DNA of 64,000 bases from a virus: the IMG/VR virus record IMGVR_UViG_3300018080_000171; one strand, given 5' to 3'. Shown here in pieces: positions 15,814 through 25,692 of this stretch; the first letter of the stretch is position 1, and each line of letters begins with the position of its first letter. The notes under the pieces were generated by a model. That model was not told where the DNA came from. It did no database searches and saw only the letters and a program-made list of their open reading frames with translations. The position numbers were made by a program, and so were the translations under genes.

Positions 15814-16146
15814 ATTAGAAATTATGATTTTTACGTCATTAAAAGCTTCTTTTAGTATCTTATCAGTTGATACTAAATCAGGGATTACTATAAGATTGAT
15901 GTCTTTGTTAGATGCTATCTTAAGTTTTTCGGTATCTCTAGTTTGAATATTATCTAATTTGGTTTGACCATAGATAGGTTTAAAGTGAACAATGCCATTC
16001 CATTCAATAGCAAGTTGAAGTTCTGGAATAGCGATATCAACTTCATAACCATCTAACATAGTTTTATCATTAGATAAAATATCAAGTTGAGGAAACTCTT
16101 TAACTATTAGGTCATAGAACTTAGCTTCTATTTTAGAATACCTCAA
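15805..16146 (-). CDS. DUF559/Vsr-like (PD-(D/E)xK) endonuclease-domain protein; the only minus-strand gene
   Basis: GYEVDIAIPELQLAIEWNGIVHF matches the DUF559 core (D...(E/K)xAIE.DG..H). 113 aa. Confidence 0.5.
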   Translation of the reverse strand: MRYSKIEAKFYDLIVKEFPQLDILSNDKTMLDGYEVDIAIPELQLAIEWNGIVHFKPIYGQTKLDNIQTRDTEKLKIASNKDINLIVIPDLVSTDKILKEAFNDVKIIISNLK

Positions 16147-16322
16147 ATCCTTTTTATTTTTTTGTAAAAACTTTTTGAGGGACTCCGAGTCGGGGTATTA
16201 GGATATGCTCATTTTAAATTAGAGAGATACTGGCGTTTTTAAGTCTCTCTTTTTTTTTCGCGGAAAAATAAACTCACCAGACACTAAAAAATCCAATCTT
16301 ATAGGAGTAGAAAGGTAAGATT

Positions 16323-16700
16323 ATGAGAATAGGTATAGATTTAGACAATACGATTACAGCAACTTCTAAGAGTAAGAAATTCTTTTCGATGTTAAGTAGT
16401 TTTTTCTCGAAATGTGGAACTATTTATATTATAACACATAGAAGTAATGATAAACAGTCAATTCTAGAGACTAAAAAGGAATTAGAAGAGTTAGATATAA
16501 CTTATGATCATCTTATTATTACGGGAGAAAAAGATAAATTTATTGTAAATGAAGGGATAGAAGTTTATTTTGATGATACAGATGAATACTTTTTAGACTT
16601 ACCTCCAGAAGTATTAGTTTTTAAGATTAGAGAAGAGGGGAACTTTGATTTCTTTGAAAGAAAATGGGTATATGGAGATGAAACAGGTTTAAAAATTTAA
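16323..16700 (+). CDS. HAD-superfamily hydrolase-like protein
   Basis: N-terminal GIDLDNT matches HAD motif I (DxDxT). 125 aa. Confidence 0.45.
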   Translation: MRIGIDLDNTITATSKSKKFFSMLSSFFSKCGTIYIITHRSNDKQSILETKKELEELDITYDHLIITGEKDKFIVNEGIEVYFDDTDEYFLDLPPEVLVFKIREEGNFDFFERKWVYGDETGLKI

Positions 16701-16734
16701 AGGTTTTTATTCTTTTTTATCAAATGTATTATTT

Positions 16735-17319
16735 ATGAACTGGTACAAAAAATCCCAATTACAAGAGACTTTGCCATATTTTAAGGAATTCGAAGAATAT
16801 GGAGATTATGTCCCTGAAGAAGAATCTTTAAACGAACGTTTAATGGACACCTATGGCGTCTCAATCATTAATGATATTGGACAAGGAGACTCAGGAATTG
16901 CTTATCTTTTATCTGATGGTAATGTTCTAAAGATTACTACGAATTCTCAAGAAGGACAGGTTGCAGATTATATAAAAAATAATCCTAATCCCCATATCAT
17001 TGGATATAAAGATGTATGGAAGGAAAAAGATTTATACTATATCATCATGGAAAAAATAGACGAAATGGTATCAGATAATGTCGAACTAACATCTTTTTTT
17101 GAACACTTAAATGATTTAATGGATAGATATAAGTGTTATAATCCTCAATGTGCATATAATCTCATAGCCAAAGAAACTTCTATTCCAGAAGATAAAAAAA
17201 ATGTTCTTTTAGAATATCTGATGTATTTGTCGAGTGTCCCTTTAAAGATTTTTGATTTTCTTAATCCTAATAACATCGGGATTAAAAATGGTCGATTGAT
17301 ATTCTTCGATATTACTTAA
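16735..17319 (+). CDS. protein-kinase-like protein
   Basis: Gly-rich loop IGQGDSGIAY, Lys in VLKIT, and a catalytic-loop-like FDFLNPNNIG. The N-terminus MNWYKK is shared with the ORF at 60936. Confidence 0.4.
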   Translation: MNWYKKSQLQETLPYFKEFEEYGDYVPEEESLNERLMDTYGVSIINDIGQGDSGIAYLLSDGNVLKITTNSQEGQVADYIKNNPNPHIIGYKDVWKEKDLYYIIMEKIDEMVSDNVELTSFFEHLNDLMDRYKCYNPQCAYNLIAKETSIPEDKKNVLLEYLMYLSSVPLKIFDFLNPNNIGIKNGRLIFFDIT

Positions 17320-17560
17320 AAAACGAGAGAGATAAAATTTTAGTTCTCTCTTTTTTTTCGCGAAAAATTAAACTCACCAGACACTAAAAAATCGTATCTT
17401 ATAGAAATAGAAAGCTAAGATTATGCCATTGAAAAATAAAAGAACTATTATAAAACAATTTTTAGGAAGTTTTACGAATGGGTAGGAAAGTAGAAGTAAG
17501 GGATAATAAAGGTAATATCATTTTCGTTTACTATATCGTTCCTGGAAAGAAGAATACAGA

Positions 17561-17848
17561 ATGAAACTATACATAAGTAGAGACGAAGACAGTGATGACA
17601 TTTGGCTATGGCTCCAACCCAGGAAGGGTAACTGGAAACCAGAAAATGTCTGCGGAAAAGAATGCGTTAATTTTCAACGTCAATCGATGGACGAAATAGA
17701 TAGATATTGTTGCTATGATAAGACCGACTTCAAAAACAAGTTCGGACAACTTATCAATAAAAAGACCTGTAAGTGCGTCCACCTGCCTAATGAACTAGTT
17801 ATGGATAACGTAGACGCTAAGTATGGTTTGTATATCCACAAAAAATAG
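17561..17848 (+). CDS. Cys-rich small protein (95 aa)
   Basis: Multiple CxxC-like pairs. Confidence 0.4.
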   Translation: MKLYISRDEDSDDIWLWLQPRKGNWKPENVCGKECVNFQRQSMDEIDRYCCYDKTDFKNKFGQLINKKTCKCVHLPNELVMDNVDAKYGLYIHKK

Positions 17849-17920
17849 TCACCAGACACTAGAAAATCTAATATTATAGAAGCAACGAAACAAAACTTTT
17901 ATTTTTTTAGGAATTGTAAA

Positions 17921-19657
17921 ATGAATGATGCACCAACAAAAACGAGACGGCAGTTAAAAATGCATCCTAATCTTCTATTGGATGTAATTGGTAGGCAAGC
18001 AGGCACCTTCGATAAAGCATGTTTAGAGGGTGGCATGAATGGTATTGAGGCTATTAACGCCTTAATAGAAGATGGTGGCAACTGTAAGGATAATGCTATT
18101 CGCTTTACCTATTCTATAGTAGATGGCAAAGGTATTTGCTGTATCTCGGATATGGGTAAAGGTATTACCACCAAAGAAGAAATCGAAAACTTCTTTGAAA
18201 CCTTTGGTACTCCACATGACGAAAGCGAGCATAAAATCTACGCTCAATTCAGAATGGGTAGAGGTCAAATGTTTAACTTCGGTAAAAACGTATGGAGAAC
18301 AGGCACTTTCGAGTTGACAGTCGATGTCCTTAAGAATGGTCTTGAATGGGAATTAAAAGAGAATCTTCCATTCGTAGAAGGCTGTCATATTACCATTGAA
18401 CTATATGACAAATATCTTAATCTCTATCCTACTAGGACGGTAGAGAGTTTGAAAGATGCTGTTAAGCAACAGATGGAATATGTAAGTACTCCAGTTTTCT
18501 TCAATAATGAACAAATCAGTTTTCCTCCAGAATCTCTTAAATGGGATTTTGAAGATGAATTCGGTTATTATATGTTTAATAATGGCGATGATTTAAAGAT
18601 TTACAATCTTGGCGTATATGTCAAGGAAAAATGGAATACGCAAGGCATCGTTGTTAGTAAGAGACAGATGAAGGTAAATTTTGCCCGGAATGATGTAATG
18701 TCGGATTGTCCAGTATGGTTTCATATGGACGAAGTTATTCGTAAAAACGTTGTTAAAAAATCCACAAAGAAGTATGTCAAACAGTCTGCTAATGAGAGAC
18801 GTTCAATGCTTAAGGATTTACGCAATGGCGTAACACTGTATAAAGATATTAAAGGGTCTAGAATCCTTCAAACGGCTCAAGACAAGTATATTACTTTTGG
18901 GATGTTCTTCAAGAGTGACCAACCTTGGACGTTTGCCGATATTGGCAGTCGTAGGGCTGATAGGCTTATCGAGAGCGAGACGCATATTGTATTCGCAAAG
19001 TCGATGCTTTATGCCTTGAACTATAATGGCGATGAGAAAATGTTCTTTAATTGGTTATTAAAGACAGTTATAGACAACAACTCTTATGGCGGTTCTAAAT
19101 GGCAAGTTAAGGATTACCATATAAACGATGTCGTAAAATCTCTTGAAAAGAAGATAAACTTTTATGAGAATTTTGAGTCTATATCGGTTCAAACTAATAA
19201 CCGATATTCTACTCTTGCCCATAATAAATTGACAAAAGTAGAGAAACGTATTCTTGATGTTATGGGCACTTGCGATTGTTGGGATGGCAGAACGATAAGA
19301 ATTGGAATATCTGATAATGCATCGGCTTGGACGGATGGTAGTTCTTACATAAATATCGACAGAGGATATTTGAAGGGTCTTAGATTTAATCGGGATTCAG
19401 ACATTACAAATCTTTTCGCTCTTTTGACTCATGAATTGGCTCATACTAATTCAACAGTAGATACCGATATTCATGGGGAAGATTTCTATGAATCCTTCCA
19501 TGAATTATGTATGTCTCGTTATAATAGTCCTATGCAACATGTTTTGTCTTTTCAGGCTAAAATGTATTCTGCAATGAGGACAGAGCAAAGAGAGAAAGAG
19601 AAAGCGAGAAAAGCAAAAGAAATGAAAGAGTTGGCTGAAAAGATGGGTAAACAATAG
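17921..19657 (+). CDS. GHKL-type ATPase domain fused to an HExxH metallopeptidase-like C-terminal domain
   Basis: N-box-like DNAIRF, G1 VDGKGICCISDMGKG and G2 GRGQMFNFGK motifs. C-terminal HELAHT...E motif. 578 aa. Confidence 0.5.
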   Translation: MNDAPTKTRRQLKMHPNLLLDVIGRQAGTFDKACLEGGMNGIEAINALIEDGGNCKDNAIRFTYSIVDGKGICCISDMGKGITTKEEIENFFETFGTPHDESEHKIYAQFRMGRGQMFNFGKNVWRTGTFELTVDVLKNGLEWELKENLPFVEGCHITIELYDKYLNLYPTRTVESLKDAVKQQMEYVSTPVFFNNEQISFPPESLKWDFEDEFGYYMFNNGDDLKIYNLGVYVKEKWNTQGIVVSKRQMKVNFARNDVMSDCPVWFHMDEVIRKNVVKKSTKKYVKQSANERRSMLKDLRNGVTLYKDIKGSRILQTAQDKYITFGMFFKSDQPWTFADIGSRRADRLIESETHIVFAKSMLYALNYNGDEKMFFNWLLKTVIDNNSYGGSKWQVKDYHINDVVKSLEKKINFYENFESISVQTNNRYSTLAHNKLTKVEKRILDVMGTCDCWDGRTIRIGISDNASAWTDGSSYINIDRGYLKGLRFNRDSDITNLFALLTHELAHTNSTVDTDIHGEDFYESFHELCMSRYNSPMQHVLSFQAKMYSAMRTEQREKEKARKAKEMKELAEKMGKQ

Positions 19658-19811
19658 ACAATTCCTTGGGGGGTAGTAGGTATTGCGTAGATATTTGCTA
19701 TCCCCCTATTTTTCTCTTGTAAGTGATTTTTATTTATGTATAATTTTTAGAGTTCACCAGACACTTAAAAATTGAATCTTATAATAATGTTAGTAATGAA
19801 GGAAATAAAAA

Positions 19812-20093
19812 ATGTATATGTTAGCGATGATACCACCACCAGTTATTGTTTTACTATTGATTGGCATAATCTTATTTTTGATGTGGCTTGTACCTTGGCT
19901 TAAGAATAGTCGAGGGGTTGACAAGCTTGCTGATAACCTGTTTAATCCTCCTGTATCTCATACAGTTGACGAAGCGATAGACAGTATTAAAAACAGTAAG
20001 GATGCTTTAGTTCAAGTAACTAAGGATAATGCTAAGAAGGCAAAAGACCTTGCTAAAGAATCTGCTGAGGCATTAAAAGGTTTGAAGAAGTAA
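19812..20093 (+). CDS. membrane protein with a coiled-coil tail (93 aa)
   Basis: N-terminal TM segment and a Lys/Ala-rich C-terminus. Confidence 0.4.
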   Translation: MYMLAMIPPPVIVLLLIGIILFLMWLVPWLKNSRGVDKLADNLFNPPVSHTVDEAIDSIKNSKDALVQVTKDNAKKAKDLAKESAEALKGLKK

Positions 20094-20273
20094 GAGTTCA
20101 CCAGACACTAAAAAATTGAATCTTATAGTAATGTAAGTTAGTTCTATAAAAAGTTAATAATAATTATCTTTAAGGGAGATATTGCTATGAAGTAAAAGTG
20201 GATGTAGTAAACACGTAGTAAATGTAGTAGAAGTATTAAACTAAAATGTATTTAAATGTAAGGAGTTCCGTTT

Positions 20274-21575
20274 ATGGGACCTAAAAGTATCACAGTAATA
20301 GTATTGGTCGTAATTGCTCTTGGAGCAGTTGTAGCAGGAATGAATGGTTATTTTGGTCAGAATGACGACCAGGACTGGCAAGTCCTCCAGAGTCCGTTCG
20401 GCACGATGTCGGTCCGAACCGATTCAGGTATTTATCAGAAGCAGTTTGCGAACGCTTGGACTTATCCGAAAGTTCAGCGAGTATACTTCTCTTCTGATGT
20501 TAGAGAAGGTTCTTCTCTTGATGAATCTTGTAAAGTAGTTTTCAGCGATAAGGGTACGGCATCTTTCTCGACTATGGTATTGTATCGTTCTCCTTATATG
20601 TTGAGCGGTTTAGCTATTCCTGATATTAATGACGAAGGGGATCAGCCTAAAGGTTTGAAAGAAGGAGCGGTAGCAAACTTCCATCGTCTTTGTAAGGGCG
20701 ATATTAAGATTGCCGATGCGACAGTTTTAGCAAGACTTAAAGAGTATGCACGTATTGTCGCTTCGGATTACAATGCTTCGCAGTCAGTTGATAGTCAGGA
20801 CGCTTTTATCGCTTCAATTCGTAAGTCTTTGAAAGAAGACAAGACTCTCGTATCTTATGGTATTGATGTTGAAGAAGTAACTCTCAGCGATATTTCCTTT
20901 GACGCTAAGACGATTGCTCAGTTTGAGAAACAGCAAGAAGCTATTTTGGCATCGAAAGAGGCTGAAGCTAGAAAAATTCAGTACGATATGCAGAAGCTTG
21001 AGACTGATGCCCAGTATGCTCAGAAGATTGCCGAGCAAAAGGGTATTGCCGAGATGGAAAAGATGAAACAAACCACGGATGCTGCAAGAGACGCAGAACT
21101 CGCGACTATCGAAGCTCAGAAGAATGTTGACGTTGCTACTCTAGCTAAGGTTCAAGCCGAGACAGAAGCGGCTATGAAAGAGTCAGTAGCTAAGATTGAA
21201 AAAGAAGCCGCTCTTATCGTTGCTAGTAAGTCTTTTGAAGTTGCTCAGATTGCGGCTAACGAAGCTGAAGAAGAGAAAAAAGCAATGATTTCTCTTGCTG
21301 AAGGTAAACAGAAGTCTATTGAGCTTTCAGGAGCTATTACCGAGCAAGAAGAAGTTTTGGCTAAGATTGCTGCTCAGAGAGACGTAAGTATCTCAGCAAA
21401 CTATGCTAAGATTGCTGTTCCTAGTACTATCTTTATGGGCGGCGGTAGTTCTGACGGTAAGGGTTCGGCTGATTACTTCGGTAATCTTATGAGTTATGCA
21501 CTTGCTCAGAACACTGGACTTCTTCCTAAAGAAAGTCCTAAGTTTGTACCTATCAAAGTATTACCTAGTAAGTAG
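20274..21575 (+). CDS. SPFH/band-7 (flotillin/prohibitin-like) membrane protein
   Basis: N-terminal TM segment followed by a beta-rich region, then a long Ala/Glu/Lys/Gln-rich coiled coil typical of SPFH proteins. Confidence 0.45.
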   Translation: MGPKSITVIVLVVIALGAVVAGMNGYFGQNDDQDWQVLQSPFGTMSVRTDSGIYQKQFANAWTYPKVQRVYFSSDVREGSSLDESCKVVFSDKGTASFSTMVLYRSPYMLSGLAIPDINDEGDQPKGLKEGAVANFHRLCKGDIKIADATVLARLKEYARIVASDYNASQSVDSQDAFIASIRKSLKEDKTLVSYGIDVEEVTLSDISFDAKTIAQFEKQQEAILASKEAEARKIQYDMQKLETDAQYAQKIAEQKGIAEMEKMKQTTDAARDAELATIEAQKNVDVATLAKVQAETEAAMKESVAKIEKEAALIVASKSFEVAQIAANEAEEEKKAMISLAEGKQKSIELSGAITEQEEVLAKIAAQRDVSISANYAKIAVPSTIFMGGGSSDGKGSADYFGNLMSYALAQNTGLLPKESPKFVPIKVLPSK

Positions 21576-21740
21576 TATCCCCCTTTTATATAGCTTAACA
21601 GCACAAACCCCTATCAGTTAATCCACTTTCTGATAGGGTTTTTTTCGCGAAAAGATATAGACTATGTCTTGTTACCAGACACCAAAAAATCCAATATTAT
21701 AGTAGTAACGAAAACAAAATACTTTTTAAGGAATTGTAGA

Positions 21741-22607
21741 ATGAAAAAACCATTAGGACTAATACTGTATAAGGGACCTTCTAATATTGATGGTAGGATG
21801 ATAGTAGTTATTGCTACCTTTAAATCGTCTAACGATAAGACTGGTAAGATGGTTCAAACTTGGATAATGTGTGCCGATGTTGACCCTATTCTAGCTATTA
21901 AAGAAGGTAGGGATTATTCTGTATGCGGCAATTGTAAACACAAACATATTGGGTCTTGTTATGTCAATATAGCATTCGGTCCTGATAATGCTTTTAAAGC
22001 CTATATTAAAGACAAATATACTCATTATAACAGTAGTCATGATTCTATGTTTAAAGGTCGAGAATTAAGATTAGGGGCTTATGGTGACCCAGCGGCAGTA
22101 CCTATCGAAGTGTGGGATAAGTTTACTGCTCTTTCCGATGGTCATACAGGATATACTCACCAGTGGAACACTCGCAAGGTACACCCACGGCTTAAAGATT
22201 ATTGTATGGCAAGTTGCGATAATGAAGCTGAATACCAAAAAGCTAAAAAGTTGGGTTGGAGGTCTTTTAGGATTAGATTAAATAAAGACCAGCCATTACT
22301 TGAAAATGAGTTTGTCTGCCCTGCTAGTAATGAAGCTGGCAGAAAAACAAGTTGTAATAAATGTAGGGCTTGTATGGGGCTTGAAGCAAAAACCCAAAAA
22401 GACCCTTGTATTATTATTCATGGTCTCCCGCATAAGCTTGAAAAGTTTAAATGGGGTATGGAGCGTATCGCATGGAAAGAAGCCTATCGTAAGGTATTTA
22501 ATTATCCACCACCAAAAAAGAAAAAAAATCGGAGGAAAAAGGTGGTATCAAAAGTAAAAAGGAAAGTATCACCAGACACCAAAAAATCGGAACTTATAGT
22601 AGTATGA
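21741..22607 (+). CDS. hypothetical Cys-rich protein with a Lys-rich C-terminus (288 aa)
   Basis: Start MKKPLG follows an AAGGAATTG RBS. The listed 21669 start lies inside the promoter motif. The C-terminus is encoded by the next motif copy. Confidence 0.5.
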   Translation: MKKPLGLILYKGPSNIDGRMIVVIATFKSSNDKTGKMVQTWIMCADVDPILAIKEGRDYSVCGNCKHKHIGSCYVNIAFGPDNAFKAYIKDKYTHYNSSHDSMFKGRELRLGAYGDPAAVPIEVWDKFTALSDGHTGYTHQWNTRKVHPRLKDYCMASCDNEAEYQKAKKLGWRSFRIRLNKDQPLLENEFVCPASNEAGRKTSCNKCRACMGLEAKTQKDPCIIIHGLPHKLEKFKWGMERIAWKEAYRKVFNYPPPKKKKNRRKKVVSKVKRKVSPDTKKSELIVV

Positions 22608-22828
22608 AAAAGAAAACAAGTATAATACTAAAAGACGAATTTGATAATCCTAATATATGGAAGCATATAGCCATATCATTAGGATAATCACCAGACACTT
22701 AAAAATCTAAGTTTATAGAGTTGAAGGGTAAACTTGTCACTTACCGCAAAATTAGAATAAGGTGGACAATCAAAAAAACAAACCTCTAACTATAGACTTA
22801 GGTTTTTAATTTAAAAGGGAATTTAATC

Positions 22829-24136
22829 ATGTCAGAAATAGTAGAACACAAAAAATTCATATGCGTAAACTTTAAAGCGTCAAACAATAATAAGGTTTGG
22901 CAATATACTATATATAAAGATGGTTCGGCTTTAACCGAGTGGGGTAGAGTAGGTCAAAACCTACAAAGCAAAATGACCACTGAATCAGCTGCGTTATCTA
23001 AAATGCGTAAAAAGACTAATCCGAATAATGCTTCTGATAAACTCTATACAGAAGTTAAAGTGGCAGAAGGTACAGAAGGCTCATCGAGTTCTGGCAGAGT
23101 AGTTAATTCTTCAAGTTTGAAGTCTATTGCTCAAAAGCAAATTGATATTAAAGACCCAACATTAAAAGAATTAGTTGACTTTCTCGTTAAAGAAAATGTC
23201 CACGATATTGTACAAGCTTCGTCAGGTTCTATTCAATATGACACTTCATCGGCTCAATTCAAGACTCCACTAGGGGTTATACTGCCCGAAATGGTATCTG
23301 ATGCTAGAGATTTACTAGATGATATGGCTGATTATGTAGTCAACCAAAAATTTGATAGTGTCGTATTGGCAAGGAAATTAAACGAATACTTACGGTTAAT
23401 ACCTCACGCGGTGGGAATGAAAAAGATTACACCAGAACTTATCTTACCGAATGCCACAGCATTACAGACAGAGAATAACTTGTTAGATGGCTTAACAGCT
23501 TCTTTCAATAATATACATTCGGGGGCTATCGCTAAATCGTGTAAAAAAGATATAGTACAACCTAGACTATTCGATGTTACGCTTGATGTGGTAAGAGATA
23601 GGGCTTTAATTAAAAGAATCGAATCTTATTACGAGAGTACTAAAAAAACGATGCACCAAAGTTTTCGTTATAAGTTGCATAAAGTATATGAGATAGAGAT
23701 AGGTTCCGTTAAGAAGAATTTTGCTAATATCGGCAAAAGTGTGGGAAATATACAGGAGTTATTTCACGGAACTAAATGCTCTAATCTTCTTGCTATTCTT
23801 AAAAAAGGGCTTATAATTCCTCCATCACGATCAGGACATGTTACTGGTCGTTTATATGGCGATGGGGTTTATGCGTCAGATATTAGTTCAAAAGCGTTAA
23901 ATTATGCGACTAATTTTTGGGGTTCGGGTGGTTCTACAAGTAGGATTTTTATGCTTTTATGTGATTTTGCTATGGGGAATATTTATTATCCTGATGGCAA
24001 ATATGGAGTTAGATATCCTGTTAAGGGTTATGACTCTACTTTTGCAAAGGCTGGACGTGGAGGAGTGTACAATAACGAAATGATAGTATACAAAACTGGA
24101 CAAGTTAATTTGAAATATTTATTAGAGTTTAAATAA
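22829..24136 (+). CDS. poly(ADP-ribose) polymerase-like ADP-ribosyltransferase (WGR domain plus PARP catalytic domain)
   Basis: WGR signature WQYTIYKDGSALTEWGRVGQ. Catalytic H-Y-E triad in ELFHGTK, GDGVYASD and YNNEMIVY. Confidence 0.75.
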   Translation: MSEIVEHKKFICVNFKASNNNKVWQYTIYKDGSALTEWGRVGQNLQSKMTTESAALSKMRKKTNPNNASDKLYTEVKVAEGTEGSSSSGRVVNSSSLKSIAQKQIDIKDPTLKELVDFLVKENVHDIVQASSGSIQYDTSSAQFKTPLGVILPEMVSDARDLLDDMADYVVNQKFDSVVLARKLNEYLRLIPHAVGMKKITPELILPNATALQTENNLLDGLTASFNNIHSGAIAKSCKKDIVQPRLFDVTLDVVRDRALIKRIESYYESTKKTMHQSFRYKLHKVYEIEIGSVKKNFANIGKSVGNIQELFHGTKCSNLLAILKKGLIIPPSRSGHVTGRLYGDGVYASDISSKALNYATNFWGSGGSTSRIFMLLCDFAMGNIYYPDGKYGVRYPVKGYDSTFAKAGRGGVYNNEMIVYKTGQVNLKYLLEFK

Positions 24137-24201
24137 AGGATATTTTATGAGTTTTCTATAAAGTATATACCATAACCTATTTTTAGATATGGAGTGTACT
24201 T

Positions 24202-25017
24202 ATGAATAATAAATCTTACAAATATCCTTTATTGAATGATAAAGAATGGCTTTTTAAAAAATACATAGAAGATGAATTAAGCACTGTTGAAATGTGCAAA
24301 ATGGCAGGTGCCAAAACTGCTAACTCTGTTAGGCAAGCTCTAATAAGACATTCTATACCAGTTAGGACTATTGGCGATGGGTTACGAGTTAATAAAGAAG
24401 ATGGCTTTATCGCCGACAAAGAAGTTATTGACGGTTGTCTATTAGGGGATGGATTTCTTTGTAAGTGGAACAAAGAGAGTGAAAAATCGTTTCCTTATTT
24501 CGCGAAAAGAAATAAATATTATGACCATATAAAATATGTTGCTGAAATACTTTTTAAGGATAAATGGCAAGAAAGAGTCAAAGAGAACAATGAAAAGTTT
24601 TTAGATAAAAAATGTGTAGTATTTTCTCTAAGAAGTTTATCTAATAAGTCTTTAAAAACATTTTACGAGAGATGGTATCCTGAATGGAATAACTATAAAA
24701 AAATTATCCCTCAAGATATAGAGATAACTCCTAATCTGCTTTTACATTGGTTTCTAGATGATGGTAGTTCTTATCTAAGAAAACGAAATAGCAAAACTAA
24801 ACAGGTGGTTATCACTTTTTGTAGCGAATGTTTCTCGAAAGATGACCAAGAAATGATTATGGATAAAGTTAATAGCCAATTCGATTTGTCTATGAGGCTG
24901 AATAAAACTAATTCTGGGGTAGGGTATAGAATAGTAGTCCCACAATCGAAAGCTGATAATTTCTATAATATAGTTGGAGATTGTCCAGTCCCCTCTATGG
25001 AGTATAAATGGAAATAG
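24202..25017 (+). CDS. LAGLIDADG-family homing endonuclease (two motifs)
   Basis: Motif 1 IDGCLLGDGFL and motif 2 LLHWFLDDGSSYL. Free-standing, directly downstream of the PARP gene. Confidence 0.5.
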   Translation: MNNKSYKYPLLNDKEWLFKKYIEDELSTVEMCKMAGAKTANSVRQALIRHSIPVRTIGDGLRVNKEDGFIADKEVIDGCLLGDGFLCKWNKESEKSFPYFAKRNKYYDHIKYVAEILFKDKWQERVKENNEKFLDKKCVVFSLRSLSNKSLKTFYERWYPEWNNYKKIIPQDIEITPNLLLHWFLDDGSSYLRKRNSKTKQVVITFCSECFSKDDQEMIMDKVNSQFDLSMRLNKTNSGVGYRIVVPQSKADNFYNIVGDCPVPSMEYKWK

Positions 25018-25085
25018 GTTCACCAGACACTAAAAAATCTAATCTTATAGTAATGTTAAGAGTTAGTAATTAAAGGAAAATAAAA

Positions 25086-25622
25086 ATGGGACAGTATTAT
25101 AAAACAATAAATATAGACAATATGGAATGGCTGAATGCTCATGCTTATGATAACGGAGTCAAGCTAACAGAACATTCTTGGGTAGGAAATAACTTTGTAG
25201 GGGCTGTTATGGCTCTGCTACAGCCCGGTATGCCTTGGCATAAATCTCGTATTGTATGGGCTGGAGACTATTACGATGAAGTCGATTGTGGAGAAATCCC
25301 ATATTATGATATGGTACAAAAACAAGACGAACAAAAAAACGTACTTCCAATTACTAAAGATATGCAGAAGTTGGCTATCTTAGTAAACCATACTAGGAAA
25401 GAGTACGTTGATTATCGGAAATTGACTGGTAAAGATGGTTGGATAGTGAATCCTCTTGGTATCTTGACTGCTCTTGGTAATGACCGAGGGGGTGGGGATT
25501 ACAGAAGCGATCAACCAGATTTTGAAAAGGTCGGGATATGGGCTGGAGATAGTCTATCTGTTGAGACCGAAATCCCTTATGGTTTTTGGGAATTGAAAGT
25601 TAATTTTCAAGAGAATTGGTAA
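25086..25622 (+). CDS. hypothetical protein (178 aa)
   Basis: ATG ORF with an upstream promoter motif. Confidence 0.5.
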   Translation: MGQYYKTINIDNMEWLNAHAYDNGVKLTEHSWVGNNFVGAVMALLQPGMPWHKSRIVWAGDYYDEVDCGEIPYYDMVQKQDEQKNVLPITKDMQKLAILVNHTRKEYVDYRKLTGKDGWIVNPLGILTALGNDRGGGDYRSDQPDFEKVGIWAGDSLSVETEIPYGFWELKVNFQENW

Positions 25623-25692
25623 ATCACCAGACACTCAAAAATTGTAACTTATAGTAATGTAAGAAGTACTAAACTAAAACAAATTTTATTTC

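Noticed and set aside
17899-18317. Overlapping ORFs 17899-18081 (minus), 18062-18268 (minus), 18123-18317 (plus), and many similar 60-115-aa minus-strand ORFs nested inside long + strand genes
   Set aside because: They are fully embedded in well-supported longer genes on the opposite strand or in another frame. They have no independent RBS or promoter motif.
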